NCBI GenBank assembly: GCA_965235115.1
Contig: OZ249436.1
Span: 49,788,001 to 49,852,000, forward strand
Length of the DNA stretch: 64,000 nt
Direction of reading: 5' to 3'
From: Laetmonice hystrix
Lineage: Eukaryota
The notes below the pieces were generated by a model. The model was not told the DNA's origin. It did no database searches and saw only the letters and a program-made list of their open reading frames with translations. This document shows positions 1-13,900 of the stretch, piece after piece. The number at the start of each line of letters is the position of its first letter. The stretch's first letter is position 1. Made by a program: the position numbers and the translations under genes.

Positions 1-1109
1 CACCATGTGGCTACACAGCAACAACGGCCTCTTGAAATCCACCCTCACTGTCGTCACGATCGACAACACCAACCTGTAGTTAGGGACCACATCCACGGCC
101 CGTGGAGGCCACAGGTCGGGCACCTAGCTGATACTCAAAGTGACATGTAGACATGGTTGTCCCAAACTCTGTGTAATGAGATATGGGGCCCCGATGTGGG
201 AATATGCTGCCGGTATTAGAGCGATCAAAAGGTACTCCCGTCTACAATACAATCGTTTGTTACGTTGTATTGTGTAGTGTGGTGGAGAACATTAATATAC
301 AGATGAGGGAGGGTGGTCGGGTGACTGTAGGTGGTTCGGGTAGTTTCCCTATCATAGCCGATCTCTTTATTTTGTTACGTACGCCGCCCCAGACTGAGTG
401 GGCGGGATGGTTGGTTGGTACAGTTGACATGGATGCGGGTCGGGCTGCACGGCTACCCGCCACGACTACAGCCAGATCCCGAGTATCAGTGTCAATACCA
501 TACATTGTTAATATCGTACTCATGACCTTGAACTCATTAGGCTGTAATAACATCCCCGTTTCAGGAATTACTCAATAAAGTTATGGGTAATGTCATACCA
601 GTGGTTGTCCAACAACGGGGACATCCTCACATTAATAGAATGACTGGCGTAAATTTTTGATCTCGATGTGTCAGTTAATACATGATCTTATCATGACGTT
701 ATGGGAAGTCCTGGCGAGACGGATTGAATATTAGAACTCCGTAATGGAAGGGTAACTCCATGCATGTCATAGAATAACAGATGTCTGGAAATGGACGAAG
801 GTAATTGTTCTCATACAATACATGTGTGGTTGATATCACCCGAAAGTTTGTTCAGTTGATGAATCCCAGACAAATGTTGTCGCAAACAAAAGGAGGTGAT
901 GGTTCATGTTGTTGCACAGTTTAAATGACATTAATAAATTAAATTTAATAATATGTAACGGAATTATTGCATTGTTTCCAGATGAAGAACTTGGTGGCAT
1001 TTAATGTGTGTCCGTGTTCACAGGAAAAAGAAATAAGTTGTTTAGTATGTATGTAATGTCCAAAATGTCCAATCCACATATCTTGACCACCCGGTTGTGT
1101 CTGTTACAG

Positions 1110-4100
1110 AAACAGGTAGCCTTGCTGCAAAACTCGAGTGCCGGAAAGGTTACAATCCGTACTCCTCCCCGTGTCACGCCGCCCAAGTCCAGCCCAGTGT
1201 CAGTCGCCTCGGGCACACAACCCACACCCATAGCGCCAGCCACGGTTAGTTCACCGTACTCGATGGTCTCGATCCATCTTTAATTTCAAACAAATCTTTG
1301 TTATGGATGAGCAGTTTATAGCGCATTTCGATCCCCTTTAAACGATTCTAATGTGATTGTATTGTCCGGCCTTGGATCGTTATAATCACGTATTCTGGTG
1401 ATAGTAAACGGACCGCTTGTCTTTCATAAAGAGGTCTTTATAACCAAACCGTACCAGACATTTCCCAATTTAAAGGTGAAATCAAAGTTGTTTGCCACCA
1501 TTATAAAGTCCAGCTAAAAAGATAATACTTTTCATGCCAGCACCTGTCGGGCCACAAGTTTTAACCCTATCCAATGAGCATTTTCTGGTATAGACCTTTA
1601 TGAATCATGTTTCCATCATTCAATTAAAATTTAAGAGCCTCCAGAAGATAAAATGTTGACTCAGTGGTGTCAATTTATTTGAGCAGTTGAGAAGTCCGAA
1701 CGCGAGCCTGGTGAAGACAGCCACAGTGCGAGATCTACTAGACAAACAGCGTAGTGATGGTGGCATTATCACCACCACCACCACTACCAAGAGTGGAGCC
1801 AAGAGTCAGACAGTATCCATCCCCCCAGGCTCCCGGATCATGGTATCAGGGGCACAGATTCTACCCCGGGGTACAATCGTCAACACAGTCCGCCAGTCAG
1901 GGGGTGTAAGCTCGACGGTGGTCGGCCGCCCACAACCCGTCACCGTCGTCAAGGGCGTCATCGACCTCACCGACGACGTCGAAGACGCCCGTAACAAGGA
2001 AGGAGGCAAGACGATAATCAGGACTCTACAGCAGGGCAGCACTGCCCAGCTGGTGCATCCACAGATAGCATTACGTCATGGTACACCTATCACACAGGGT
2101 GGTACCACACTCAGGCCAGGTACCGTCCTGGTACAGCAGACCCCGAACAGTGCCCCAGTCCTTGTCCAGCCGGTAAGTATATACCCCCAGGTGTTAGCGG
2201 TAAAGGTTTTCACTGAACTTTGAAACGTACCTGACTCTCTATGTTCCAATATGTGCCATACCTGGAGAGGGGGGTCGTTTGGCCCTGCAACAATGAATAT
2301 CTTTTGCCCCCCCCCCCCAAAAAACAAAAAACAAAAAAAAACGGTGGTCTCTGATTTGGTATCGCCCCTCCCCACCATCGAACTCTAACACCTTTGGCTG
2401 CCTATATTCCACATATATTACATGTACCTTGAGCCTTCCTTGCTGATGTTACAGTCAATCCGAGCCCCTCAAGGGACGACGTTTCTATACACGTCTACCC
2501 GACCAGGGACCGTCATGGTACCAGCCACTCCCGGCAGCAGCCTGGTCAGGCCGGCTATCATGACCACCAGTACGACAACCTCCTCAGCCCCGCCAACCCT
2601 CCGACCTGCTGGTCAGATCTATACGGTACAGCGGCCGTCTGGGGCCATCACCAATACAACCACTACAGTCATTAACCGACCTCCGCCGCCGCTCAAATCG
2701 GCGCCACAACAAACTAATCAGGTGGGTCAACTCTCTGTGATCAGCGCGTAGGTTTCAGTAAGGTTTGTGGTCTTAAAACCACGGATCGTATCATACAATG
2801 AGGAGCTCAGTTCAGGGTATTTTACCGTTATAAACGATCCTTTATATTTCATAAAGCACTTGACACTAAATTTACTTGTATTTTTTCACGTCGGCTGACG
2901 TATGCCTTACATATCTTCCATTTTCGGACGCCAGACGGAAAAATAGGTAAATATATTGTCAAGTGCTTTATATCGTATACAATTTGGGTTTTGCCCCGAG
3001 GGAGCTTGTCAGCAGGCACCTAATCCTTGTCCTGCCACCGAGGGGAAGGATTAAATACGTAATCAATCAAGGAATCAAGGATAGGGGTTACAGGGTGTTC
3101 GAGGTCAACTCTCATTGAAATGTGACTTGATTTCAGCCAAAACCAATGAAAATGCTGCCGGCCAATCGGGTACGCGTACAAAGATTTTTAATATTGATCT
3201 GTTGAAACATGAAGTTGCGTGTACACATGTACTTATAAAGCTAGTCTTAGACTTTTAGTTTCATTCTGGTTTCAAAGGTGGAAGTAGAACTTAAGAGCTT
3301 AACTACACTCACCCTAACACGTATACCATACACGGGCATACACACTCAATACTCGGAAAGAAAATACTCAATGGGTATACTAGTACATGTATGTATTAAC
3401 AATTTCCAAACATACAATGTAGAAACTGGTTAATAGTTTAAATTTGTGTAGACGCTTACGTTCACCGATACATATGCTCGCATTAACATGGACGCTAACT
3501 GGAAAGTTGGAATAAGAAAAGTGATATTTCACAAATTTATGGGCTTGCGTAATAATGGCGATATTAATTACGATAGTTTGACCTTTTATATTCCGTTCTC
3601 GTATTTGTCAGGGATCGTTGTGTAAATATTATAAGATCTGTAATCTTGTAGTATTAGAGAATGATGCTAGAGTCGGGTCTCCTTGTGTACTGTGCACTCT
3701 AAATTAATGATCCCAGCTCAGTCCTGCTGTGAAGTAGGCTTACAATAACCCGGTCAGACTGATCTGACACATTGTTTGACGATCGGTACGTCCTACACGG
3801 GCGTCTATAGAATATGTTTCTGTATTCTGCCGCTATAGTCATGGGTTTGTAGAATCCCAGTCCCCGTACTGACCGACTTTATACATAATATTGATGTCTT
3901 GTCACTTGCAGGGAGCCAAGCACCCCGCCCCACTGCCACCGATGCCACCAAACCAGCTGGTCGGAGTGTCTAATGCCAAACTGCCCCCTCCCAAACCAGG
4001 TTTGAAGATCTCTCGTGTTCAGCAAGGCATTGTTCTGTCCTGGAACATGAACGTGAACGATTCCATTGCTGAGATCAGTAACTACCAGCTGTTTGCTTAT

Positions 4101-4469
4101 CAGGAAACGTCTGCACCTCCCAGTACAAATTTATGGAAAAAGGTGAGTCAATTGTCAGAGGGGACGTGTGTAATATAATTAAATGTGCTCAATTCACTTT
4201 CTGACAGTGGTCATTATCTTTGTAATGGCATAAAACGTCCGGATGTGCCTTTGTCATTAGTTGCGTATGATTGAATTTAATTTGCTGACTGGCATTGATT
4301 GCAGGTGGGAGACGTGAAAGCCTTGCCGTTACCCATGGCCTGTACCCTGACACAGTTCCAGGAAGGCAACAAGTATCACTTCTCAGTACGTGCTCTTGAC
4401 ATCCACGGCCGGGTGGGACCACTGTCTGAGCCGAGCAGTATCGCCCTCACAGCCATCAACGTATCCTAG
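1110..4469 (+). CDS. ATF7IP: ATF7IP/MCAF1/windei-family SETDB1 cofactor, 3' portion (5' exons lie outside the window). Exons 1110-1244, 1687-2172, 2455-2721, 3912-4142, 4305-4469
   Basis: All junctions are GT-AG and phase 0. Spliced C-terminus HPAPLP...[20 protein letters not shown]...YQLFAYQE...[42 protein letters not shown] is the family's C-terminal FNIII domain. A VIDLTDD SUMO-interacting-like motif lies in exon 1687-2172. Stop TAG at 4467-4469. Confidence 0.95.
2851..2971. mobile_element. Short inverted-repeat element (MITE-like) in an ATF7IP intron
   Basis: Left ATAAAGCACTTGACAC-TAAATTTAC pairs with right GTAAATATA-TTGTCAAGTGCTTTAT. No clear TSD. Confidence 0.5.
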
Positions 4470-6166
4470 TAACGGTGTATCCTAGTAACTGCCGCAGTGG
4501 TTGACGTTCAGTGGCTGTCAATGCGCGTAACGCCTCCGTATACTGGCCCTGAGTGACAGATAAACCTGAGGCCTTAACCAGTCAACTGTCAGTCACAGTC
4601 AGGCCCCGCCCAGTCAGTGAGCAGGTCGGATGTCCACAAGTGTACAATATTAGAATATCCGAGTCTGTATGGACTGGCGACATGCACGCCGGACCTGTCG
4701 AGAACGGCTGCCGTCTGCTCGACGTTTGGCCGACCATGCTCTATCACAATCTGGACATCGCAAAGCATTGGCTTTCTAGACAATCAGAGCCGTATCGTCA
4801 GAGGGCTGAATTGGTTATTTATTTGTCTACTTTTATATTGTCAGGAATCCTATTTTAATCATGGATGCATGAGGTTAGATATCATTTCACGAATTGAATA
4901 ACATGTACAGGTTACAGTTGTTAAATCACGGAGGTATACTTGCTAATGTAGAAATGTTTGTTTTCAAGTAGTTACAGTTGTGTTTGAGAGAAGAAAGAAG
5001 TCCAAAGCACGAGCACAAGAAAACTGGGGTTGAATAGTAGCATTTAAATCAAGAAATCTCACAGAATTGCTGCCATGTATAGTAAATCCTTATAACTAGT
5101 TACAAGAAAGGAAGCGGCGCTCAGGTAATTTGTTTCCTCAACAAAAATATTTGTTTACGATATGAACAAGTTTGACAAACCAGTGTCGTTGCCCTTTAAT
5201 CAGAAACTGTTAACGCCTGGGTTATGGCTGGATTGTTTATCGGAGATATCGGGGGAAGGAGGAAGGTTGGAAGCACGGATATCGTCGAAGTAAAATGTTG
5301 ACTGTTGATGGTTATCGTCACAAACCAAGCCATGGATGAGAAATTGGTCTGGTGTTACCCACACACATCTTGTCAGAGAATTCATGCATGTTTGGTTATT
5401 TTTTTACCATCCTTCCCCTAGCTGTTGATATGATTAAGTGAAACAGGGTTAGATTGTCAAGCTATTACTAAGGACAGTCAGTGTGTGAACACCTTGGGGT
5501 GGTCAAGGCACATATTGTGTGTGTGGGTGTGTGTGTGTGACAGTGAGAGTGTGTGTAACGATCGATTGACGGCAGTAGGACGGAGTTAATCTGACATCGA
5601 TCGTCGTTCGTCTCCAGCCATGGCACGCCTACTCTATAATCATCCATGAAAAGGATTAAAAAATCAAAAAAAATCGGTATACCCCAAAATGTAAAAACTC
5701 ATTTTTCTCGGAATGTGCTGATGTTTCTCTGTTCGCTAACCTGGGTTCACCTACAGCTGGCGATGAAGTGAGTGGGCGTTCAGATTAGAATGTCATCGCA
5801 GAATTTGTTTTAAAAAAACGTGATTAAGGAGTACACGAGTATCTGTGAATATTCTTGTCATACTAGAGAACCATCAATTAGAATGTCTAAATGAAAGCAG
5901 ATTATTAACAGTTGTATAATGATGTCTGTCTCCGCCTGCCAGTTCGTACTCAACGTCGGGTCACATGAATCCTATTCTCAACTTGTTTTGTTCTAACAAC
6001 TAAACGATTTACTACAGCCATCTAATAGCGTCTTAGTGGCAGCGTTTTCATTTGTGTGTATGCAGACACACGAGGCATTCCATTCCATTATTTAAGGTGT
6101 TGACCATACTGTGAACCTCAATATGCCTGTGTTCACCCGGGGCCCAGTCGATAGCAGATTTTTGTG

Positions 6167-6182
6167 GAGCCCCCTGGTGGTC
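6167..6182 (-). promoter_or_regulatory. CTCF-like motif
   Basis: Minus strand reads GACCACCAGGGGGCTC, close to the CTCF core CCACCAGGGGGCGC. Motif match only. Confidence 0.4.
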
Positions 6183-6778
6183 ATATTTGTAAATACACTC
6201 ACTCGAACACAGAGCCACGGGCGCTATCTAAAAAGGTTTCTGTAAAATAAGTTGAATGGTTTGCTGTCGGGATTAATGATGGGAATAGTAAAGTTTAAAG
6301 GGAAACTTTGACAGAACAACATGTTAATTGCTGTAATTGGTGTAGGAACCACAGTTTTAGAATGTTTTTTTTTTTATAGAACAACATATCAGTATCAACA
6401 TAGCAGACATTTTTATATTTAATAAAGTTCAGCGCCAGTGACAACTTCCTGTACATTCATGGTATATCTGCAGGCACACCTTGGTTGTGTATGTGTTGTA
6501 GTATAAAAATAAAATATGAAACAACAGACATGTGGTTGTCTCGTATGTCTTCCTTAACCAACCATAGCAGGGACGTAGCGCCGGTTACGTAATTGATTTT
6601 CACGGTATAAGTCTTGTTAATATTTGTGTACTTTTATGACCCATTTTGACTATCTCCAAGAGACGCTTCACTGCGCCCCAGTTTAGTGTATTTGTCGTAA
6701 CATTTTCTGACACGTATCATGCATGATAATCCCGTCGATTTCCCGGGGAGAAACGTGTTCTGGAGCTCTGTATGCCTG

Positions 6779-6947
6779 GGCCCAGTTTCAGAAAGGTTAG
6801 CATGATCTTAACTTAAGCTCTGCTTAGCCATTTAGGACCCCTGATTGGCTGGGCCTCTGCTGCTCAGCTTCAACTAGCCAATCAGGGGTCCTAAAAGGCT
6901 AAGCAGAGCTTAAGTTAAGATCATGCTAACCTTTCTGAAACCGGGCC
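6779..6947. mobile_element. Palindromic MITE, PIF/Harbinger-like
   Basis: About 70-bp near-perfect arms GGCCCAGTTTCAGAAAGGTTAGCATGATCTTAACTTAAG... and ...CTTAAGTTAAGATCATGCTAACCTTTCTGAAACCGGGCC. 3-bp TSD CTG at 6776-6778 and 6948-6950. Confidence 0.85.
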
Positions 6948-7167
6948 CTGGCCGGCTCTGGAGGCCAGGCATTTTTTAGGTCTAGAATTTACATCTGGGT
7001 ATGTTGATCGCAAATCCGAGCCTTATTCAAATAGACACCGCCTGACAATTGCAACTATAGGTCTACGTATAACAGAAGTTTTATTCGTGAGGCATGGTGA
7101 GGGTAAGCAATGCGTCTTTTAACAAATATCCACAGTAATCCTAACGCAATTAGAAAGTTGATTGCAT

Positions 7168-7320
7168 GAGACAATACCCGCAATATAATGAAAACACACG
7201 AACGTATTCAACATGTGACAATACCCGCAATACAATGAAAACACACGAACGTATTCAACAGGAGACAATACCTGCAATACATGTACAATGAAAACACACG
7301 GACGTATTCAACATGTGACG
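7168..7320. repeat. Three copies of a ~47-bp tandem repeat downstream of the homeobox stop
   Basis: GACAATACCCGCAATACAATGAAAACACACGAACGTATTCAACA repeated three times with small changes. Confidence 0.8.
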
Positions 7321-7449
7321 ATGAGCACAACGCTGACCTCTGACTGTCATTCACTACATGTAGGACGATGTCAAAAACTACGTTTTTGTCCCGGTGTCCT
7401 TGGCGGACCTTTGTCTCGCTGTAAAAGCCCGTTATGATTGTAATAAGCA

Positions 7450-9382
7450 TCAACATGTTGGTGAAGGGTAAGCATACAACCCTGAAGTTAATATGTCTGG
7501 GAACTCGGGCATGGAACCGAAGTGTTCTATTTGTCGCTCAAACCCAAAGTTTTGTGAAGTTATTGGAGTAGTTCCTGATGGCGTCCAGTTTGAACATTGT
7601 GACGTCAAATACGACGCAGACGACGCCGGAATCTGAGGTGGCGGGAAACTGGACGACGTCATAATATTGGAAGTCCAAGGTGCCGCGAATTTATCATCGT
7701 TGCCCGCGCAGTGCTGATTCTGGCGACGAGTGTCTCTTACACTGGAGTTGACATCATGATAGAACGGATTGTGATGAAGTCCGAGGCCTTGGCTAGTGCT
7801 CTGACAGATTGTCGCGTTCAAAGTCGTCATTGAAGGACTATTTTGTTTATTCTCAGTGAACGCATGAGTTTGATGGTTGACCGTCTGTGTCTGGTGGTTC
7901 AAACCGACCCCATGTAATTGCTGGTAGACCAGTTGGCGGCCGGAGGCCTCCTGATTGTTGATGGCCCCAGCACTCGGCACTGGGGGTCGGGGATCTTCCT
8001 GAAATGACTGGACACTCGTTGTGGGGGTAGTAGTTGAGGTTCCTGTCACCAGGTGTTTGTAAGGATGGTGATGGGTGTACCGGTACTGCATGGATGAAAG
8101 TAACCCGTAGAGGAACGGGTAAGGACGGCGGGTATTCAGTTCCTTCAGTTTGTCCGAGGTGTAGGCTCTGTCTGCCGGACCTCTACGCTTCAACCGACCT
8201 CTGTAAAACAGTTCATCAATTTGTGACACTCCAAAGGTTGGCGGCGTCGGTTTGACGCAGATAAAGTCAGCAAGTAAGCATAAAAAATGTTATGAAAACG
8301 CTCTATCTACATGTTACTCCCATGTAACGGTCTTAATGGCAAAAAAAGGCTATAGTATGCCTATAGATCTACAAGGATATAATATTGAACCGCCCCTTTC
8401 ACTATGAGGATGCTTCCTTTGGGACTTTTAGCATTTCAATCTCCCTTCAAATCTTTTACTGTTTTGCAAACGCTGTGGAGATTTTGACTCAGATTGAATG
8501 ACAAAAAAACCCATAGACATAGCTCTTACCTCCTGTTTTGGAACCAGATCATGACTTGACGATCAGTGAGGTTTAGATCCTCAGCAAGTTGAGTCCGTTC
8601 CTCCTTACTGAGGAAAGTCTGCTCCCTGAAGCGGGCCTCAAGTTCTGACAACTGACGTTTGGTGAACACAGTGCGTTTGGTCGACCCGCCAACATCGGCA
8701 CGCTGATCTAGCTTCAGGTGATCGCCGCTAGGTGGCTTGGCACATGTCGAGTCGGCTCTCACTTGAACTGTTTTATCGGAGTGTAGTCCTTTTCCTAAAG
8801 CACAACAAATTTAAGGTTATTATAATGCGGTAATTATTAGAAAGATTATTGTTGCCTAAAATTAACATACACATCGAAAGTAAGCCTATATAGCAACCCT
8901 AGTCCCATAGGACTTAGATCTATAGGCCTACTTGTAGGCCTATTTGTAGGCCTACCTTGATTCTTTCTGATACGTAGGACATGTACTTAGATTCTTGTTA
9001 ACAGTGCAACGATTAGGCACCAATGTTCCCATATGCAAGGAAATCACATACATTTGTAATCAACTTAAAACACACTATATTTATGCTGGTGGTCTTTTTT
9101 AAAAGATTTGCATAAATCAAGAAAACGTTCTGGTGGGCCTATAGGCCTACTTCTGCATGCATGGAGTGCATGGGTGCTACTTCCACCAGAATTAAGTGTC
9201 TATCGGTCACAGGCACGAATAATTTGTAAACCCCCTAAAATTACCATTTAGTCCCAGCGGCTCATGTATGTAGGCCTATACAAACGTACCTTTATCAGTG
9301 CTGTCCGCTTGAGTTCGGTCTGTCATCTTGCAAAGTGGCATGTCAGTCGTGTTATTGCGGAGTGGCGCCGTCGAGATAGGTC
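7450..9382 (-). CDS. Divergent ANTP-class (NKL-like) homeobox transcription factor. Exons 9382-9290, 8794-8530, 8200-7450; 5' end uncertain (in-frame ATG at 9341, possible upstream exon ending at 9835)
   Basis: Spliced homeodomain STKRTVFTKRQLSELEARFREQTFLSKEERTQLAEDLNLTDRQVMIWFQNR|RGRLKRR. GT-AG junctions have matching phases (1, then 2). It is followed by a ~250-aa S/T/Q/H/P-rich open C-terminal exon ending in TGA at 7450-7452. Confidence 0.88.
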
Positions 9383-10907
9383 CTATAAATCAAAACGCTG
9401 GAAGTGTCTGCATGGGAAGCAGAAAATGGTATACTGATGAATTCTTGGACACCCCGACTTATATATCTCATCGCGTAAACAGAAATAACTAGACCGGCAT
9501 TGTGTCCAGAGTGGACCAAATACAACGTTGTTACAAGAATTGAAGGTCTTTGGTGTCGCTGTTTCACGTTTATAGCGTAATAAGTTTGGTTGATTCATTT
9601 AGACCGACTCATTGTTAGATGAAATATACTTTTCGTTCGGGTTTGTAACACAATTATCTTTGATTCTTTCACATAACGAAACACAGACTTTTATCTAATG
9701 TTTTGGCAGAGCTTCTTGTTTTGTTTATTTATCGATTAAGACTTTCGCCCGCGCCTCACGCCTTGTCCCCTGGAAGGGGTTGGACCGGCACGTGTCGCGT
9801 GTAGTGTGCGCGTGTGGTGCGATACGTGGCTTACCTTTGATGTCCCTGGCTACACCCACACACACCCACACCCCAGTCCGAGGGAGGGGCAGGGTGGGGC
9901 CAATAACCACTGAAACCACTGCACACTCGTGAAGACCGAATCCACTTCAAAAGTGGAGAAAGAAAATCGCATCTTATAATGTGATTTAATATTGCTGGGC
10001 AAGATTTCAAACAGTAATGTTGTAGACATATAACAGGAAGCATGCGGTTTAGAAAGGTACTATTATCAGTCGTAGTTTCCGACCTCATCACGAAGATGGA
10101 ATTAGGCCTAAAGATATAGGTCTTGTTTTCTATCGGCCTATACATCATGGAAGGATGGTCGACGCCGCCTACATGTGAGTATATAACAGATAGGTGAGTA
10201 TCTTATTACTTGTCGGGTAAAAATCGTTTCTGGTAGGCTATAGTGGTTTGGAAACGAATTACTTAATTATAAACCAGGATAATTTCAGGATGTTGTGTTT
10301 GCGTGGGGGCAGAAATACTCTCCCTCCCAACTAGGATGGCCTTGAAAAATAATTATTTTATCCAATTAAAAATATGGCTAAAGCAATTAGGTCTAGAACG
10401 AAACAGTTGGGAGTGACATGTTTTTACGTGTACAGCCGGGAGCAGTTGGAGAACCTTCGCCAGTATTAGGGTACGTACATGTATAGGATTAATTCCGTGC
10501 AACATTTCTATAGGTTGATATTGAAGCTATGGATTCTCGCCGTCGGCGTTCCTGATGTGGGGCGCCACATCGTTGACTTCCCCCCCCCCCCCGCAAAAAT
10601 CCTGCCACATGCGCCTGGTTGGGGAGGTTAAAGCAGCACTCGTGTACGTTGTTTAAGATTCATTTTTATTGACAGCATACCTTTGGTACAAATACATCAT
10701 TTGGTTTTATCACCGGAGACCCACACTACTGATGTAGGCCTATTGTTTATAGCGAGCAAATATATAGATCTACGCTGAAAGTATCAAAAGAACAAGAGAT
10801 GCAAAAATGCCCTGGTCTTCAGTTTATCAAAAATATTCGTCATGATAGATACTTAAAGTAGCCCTCCCCAGTCAAACTGTCTTCTCCTTGTTGGCTTTGA
10901 TTCCTGG

Positions 10908-13900
10908 TCAATCTGCCTTCTCCTTGCTCTGTTCGATCCACGGGTAGACCAGACGGCCTGTCACAAGTTTTTTCACAAATATCCCCCAGGTGTCAGCACT
11001 CTCAGTCACCTGACCCTCGGTGAATGTTCGGAAGATGGTGGCAAGGGAAGCTGGCTGTGTCTGGAAACAGAAATACACACACCGTTACTCCTTACTGTGA
11101 CGAGAAGGCCAGATCTACCGTAATGCACCATTTCAAATACATATTGACGTTACTGAGCGATAGCTTTTTGTTTTTAATTTGAGATATTTGAGTTTTGGCC
11201 ACTCACCATCATAGTTAGATACAGTGGCCTTCCCTCCACTCTCTTAGCCACGCTCACCTTCACGGTACCTGTCACAAACATCAACAAAACTTAGGACCGG
11301 AATGGGTTTGATTTGCTACTTTGGTTCTTAGTGGAGCCAAGTCATAGATATTTTTACTATCTCAGGCCAGGTAAGATGACTCAGGGACTCCTACCACTTC
11401 GAGTCAGTTTGTGCCAAGGGAAGGTGAGATATATAAAGATACTGGTATTGACCAGTTAGATATACCTTGTGACAGTATACCAATACATGTAAGTATGTGT
11501 TCTCTCACCTGTAACTACATCAGGGTAGACGAGACGGGCTGCTATACTGGCCACAGGTAGGATATTGATGAGGTGGACCAGACGATGTACCACTCCGTGG
11601 AAGGTTAACACCACCAAGCGCAGCTGTTAGTATGAGAGATCAATATTTTATATCAAATAGGACCCAAGTGTTCAACCCCATCCTGGTTCCACGTAACATG
11701 ATAAAGTAACTGCAGTATTTTTTGTGATGTAGGGATTGCGGATTGCTTATAGCTTACCACCACAAAGACTATGTAGTACATGGCTATCGTAGGCAGGAGG
11801 AAGAGAAGGATTGTGAAGAAAAGTGTTCCAATGAACAGCTGATCTATGTCAAAGGATGCCGAGTCAACTCGCTGACGAAGGACGTTCCATTTCTTCCCCC
11901 TGAACAGTCTCCATAGCGAGGCTAGGCCATACACCTGAAGACTGTACAGCCTGAAATCATGTAGAAATACAAAGTCTTTCACTAGACCTATGCTAATATA
12001 TTGTGGGAAGCCAGCATTAACTCATATCCCAGCAAATATCACTTCTTCACCCTATGGACCATCACGGAGGTTAAATGTGGTAGATTTGAAAGAAAAGAAA
12101 AGGAAAGCTGCTTCCACTGGTTTTAGCAGTGGAAGGATAATTTTTATTTTAGTAGGCCCATCTGCTTTGAGAGATTCAGTGGCTCTGCAACAATAAAAGT
12201 CTTACCTGGCAGCATAAACGTAGAAGCAATATATGTGTAAGGTCATCATAGACACCAAGTCCCTCATCAACGCCAGTTGAATCGATAACCCACAGACTCC
12301 GGACAGTGAAATAATCCACAGCACTCGTTCCAACACTGGTCGTAACACTTCAAGATACCCTGGTAAAAAGACACAAATCTGACAAATAGATCAATTATTC
12401 CTTACTGTTCTGCCAACAAATCTTCTCTTTAAAAAAAAATAAACAAAAAACCCTAAAATTTTCATGATTTTAACGTTGTGTACCTGTCCATAGGTAGATG
12501 TGATAAAGAAAGAATTTTCCCATGAGCTGTCCGAGCTGCTTGTTGAGCTTCAGACCGGCTGGAGCACCCATGAGCCACTGAAGCAGCACTGTCAATGATG
12601 TCGTCACCTTCTGTGCATGGAAACCAAACAATTCGCGGGAAGATATAATATACATACATCCCTAAAATAACTATGATTTATCATTTCTATTGAATTGTAG
12701 AGAAATCAAGTTACATTTGACTAAGTATCAGATTTGAAAAAAGAACTCTTACTCAACCATTTTTTTAATAATCAAGTGTAGACACAAGCTGCTGTTTTTC
12801 TTCCCATACTCACATCTGCCCAGGCCATGATGAGAGCAGCCAGACTCTGGATCCTGTCATCTCTGGCCAGTAACACCAGGACAGTCACACCCACAGCAAC
12901 ATCAAAGGCATACTGACAGAGGAGGTCTACACTCCTAGAAATATATCACCAACAGACATGAGCTCTATCTCACCATCAACCCCTGTATCTGCACATCAAC
13001 GGGAGCTTCAATTAACAAATCTTACTGTTGCTGATGTGTCACTGAGAATGGCAGGTTGGTGATGAGATTAAAGAATACAAAAAGATAGCTGTGAATAAGT
13101 TCAATAATTGACAACAAAGAAAAGATGCATTGCTTTCACTTCACTTATTTGATCTATTTATCATGGTGATATCAAATTGACGTCAAGGCAAGGTCAACTG
13201 AAACTAGCTGAACCATTACACTGAAAAAATTTATCTGGAATATACAACTTTTCTTTGTATATTTTACATAAAACACATGGCATCAGATAATGCATTTTTT
13301 ATACCTCAAGATTTGCTTCGGTCTTCCATTTTGTATTCTCAATGTTTCCCTCAGACCAAGAAAACGATGCTTCAACTGACAGGCCACAGCTGGGATATCT
13401 GAGAGTTTCTGACACAGATGGAGCTTACAGACTCTGAAACACAAAATATTATCTCATTCTATACTGTAAAATAATCTTTAAAATCAGCAGAAACAAATAA
13501 AAAGAAGCTTTAACCCTCTTTTAAACACAGTTTAAGGAAAATTGAAAAAACAGAAATTTTACCTTGTTTGGACTAGCAGGGATCCCATGTGTATGAAGTT
13601 TGCCATAAAAATTATTATGACCTGCATGAACATATGTACAGTCGACAAGAAGAAATTCCTCCTGACAGATTCCATGCTATCTGTAAGTATCCTATCATCC
13701 TCAATACTGAGGCATTCTTGGATCTTTGATTTACACTCTTTGTACTGAAGTAAGCTTGTAGTGACCTCATCAACACAGTGTTTTTGTTGGCAGTCTTCTT
13801 TTTGAACAAACTTATACGGTCTGTCCATCAAGTAAGCAGAGTTCATTAAAGACGACCCATCCACAACAATGACCGTCACATCCTTTTCTTCCCAGCTGTT

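Noticed and set aside
1..600. ORFs 183-578 (+) and 260-553 (-)
   Set aside because: No recognisable homology or consistent splice signals; treated as ATF7IP intron.
8530..8700. Naming the homeobox gene Nanog, Bsx or Barx
   Set aside because: Similarity is limited to generic NKL residues, and diagnostic helix-3 residues (QVKTW, RMK) are absent.
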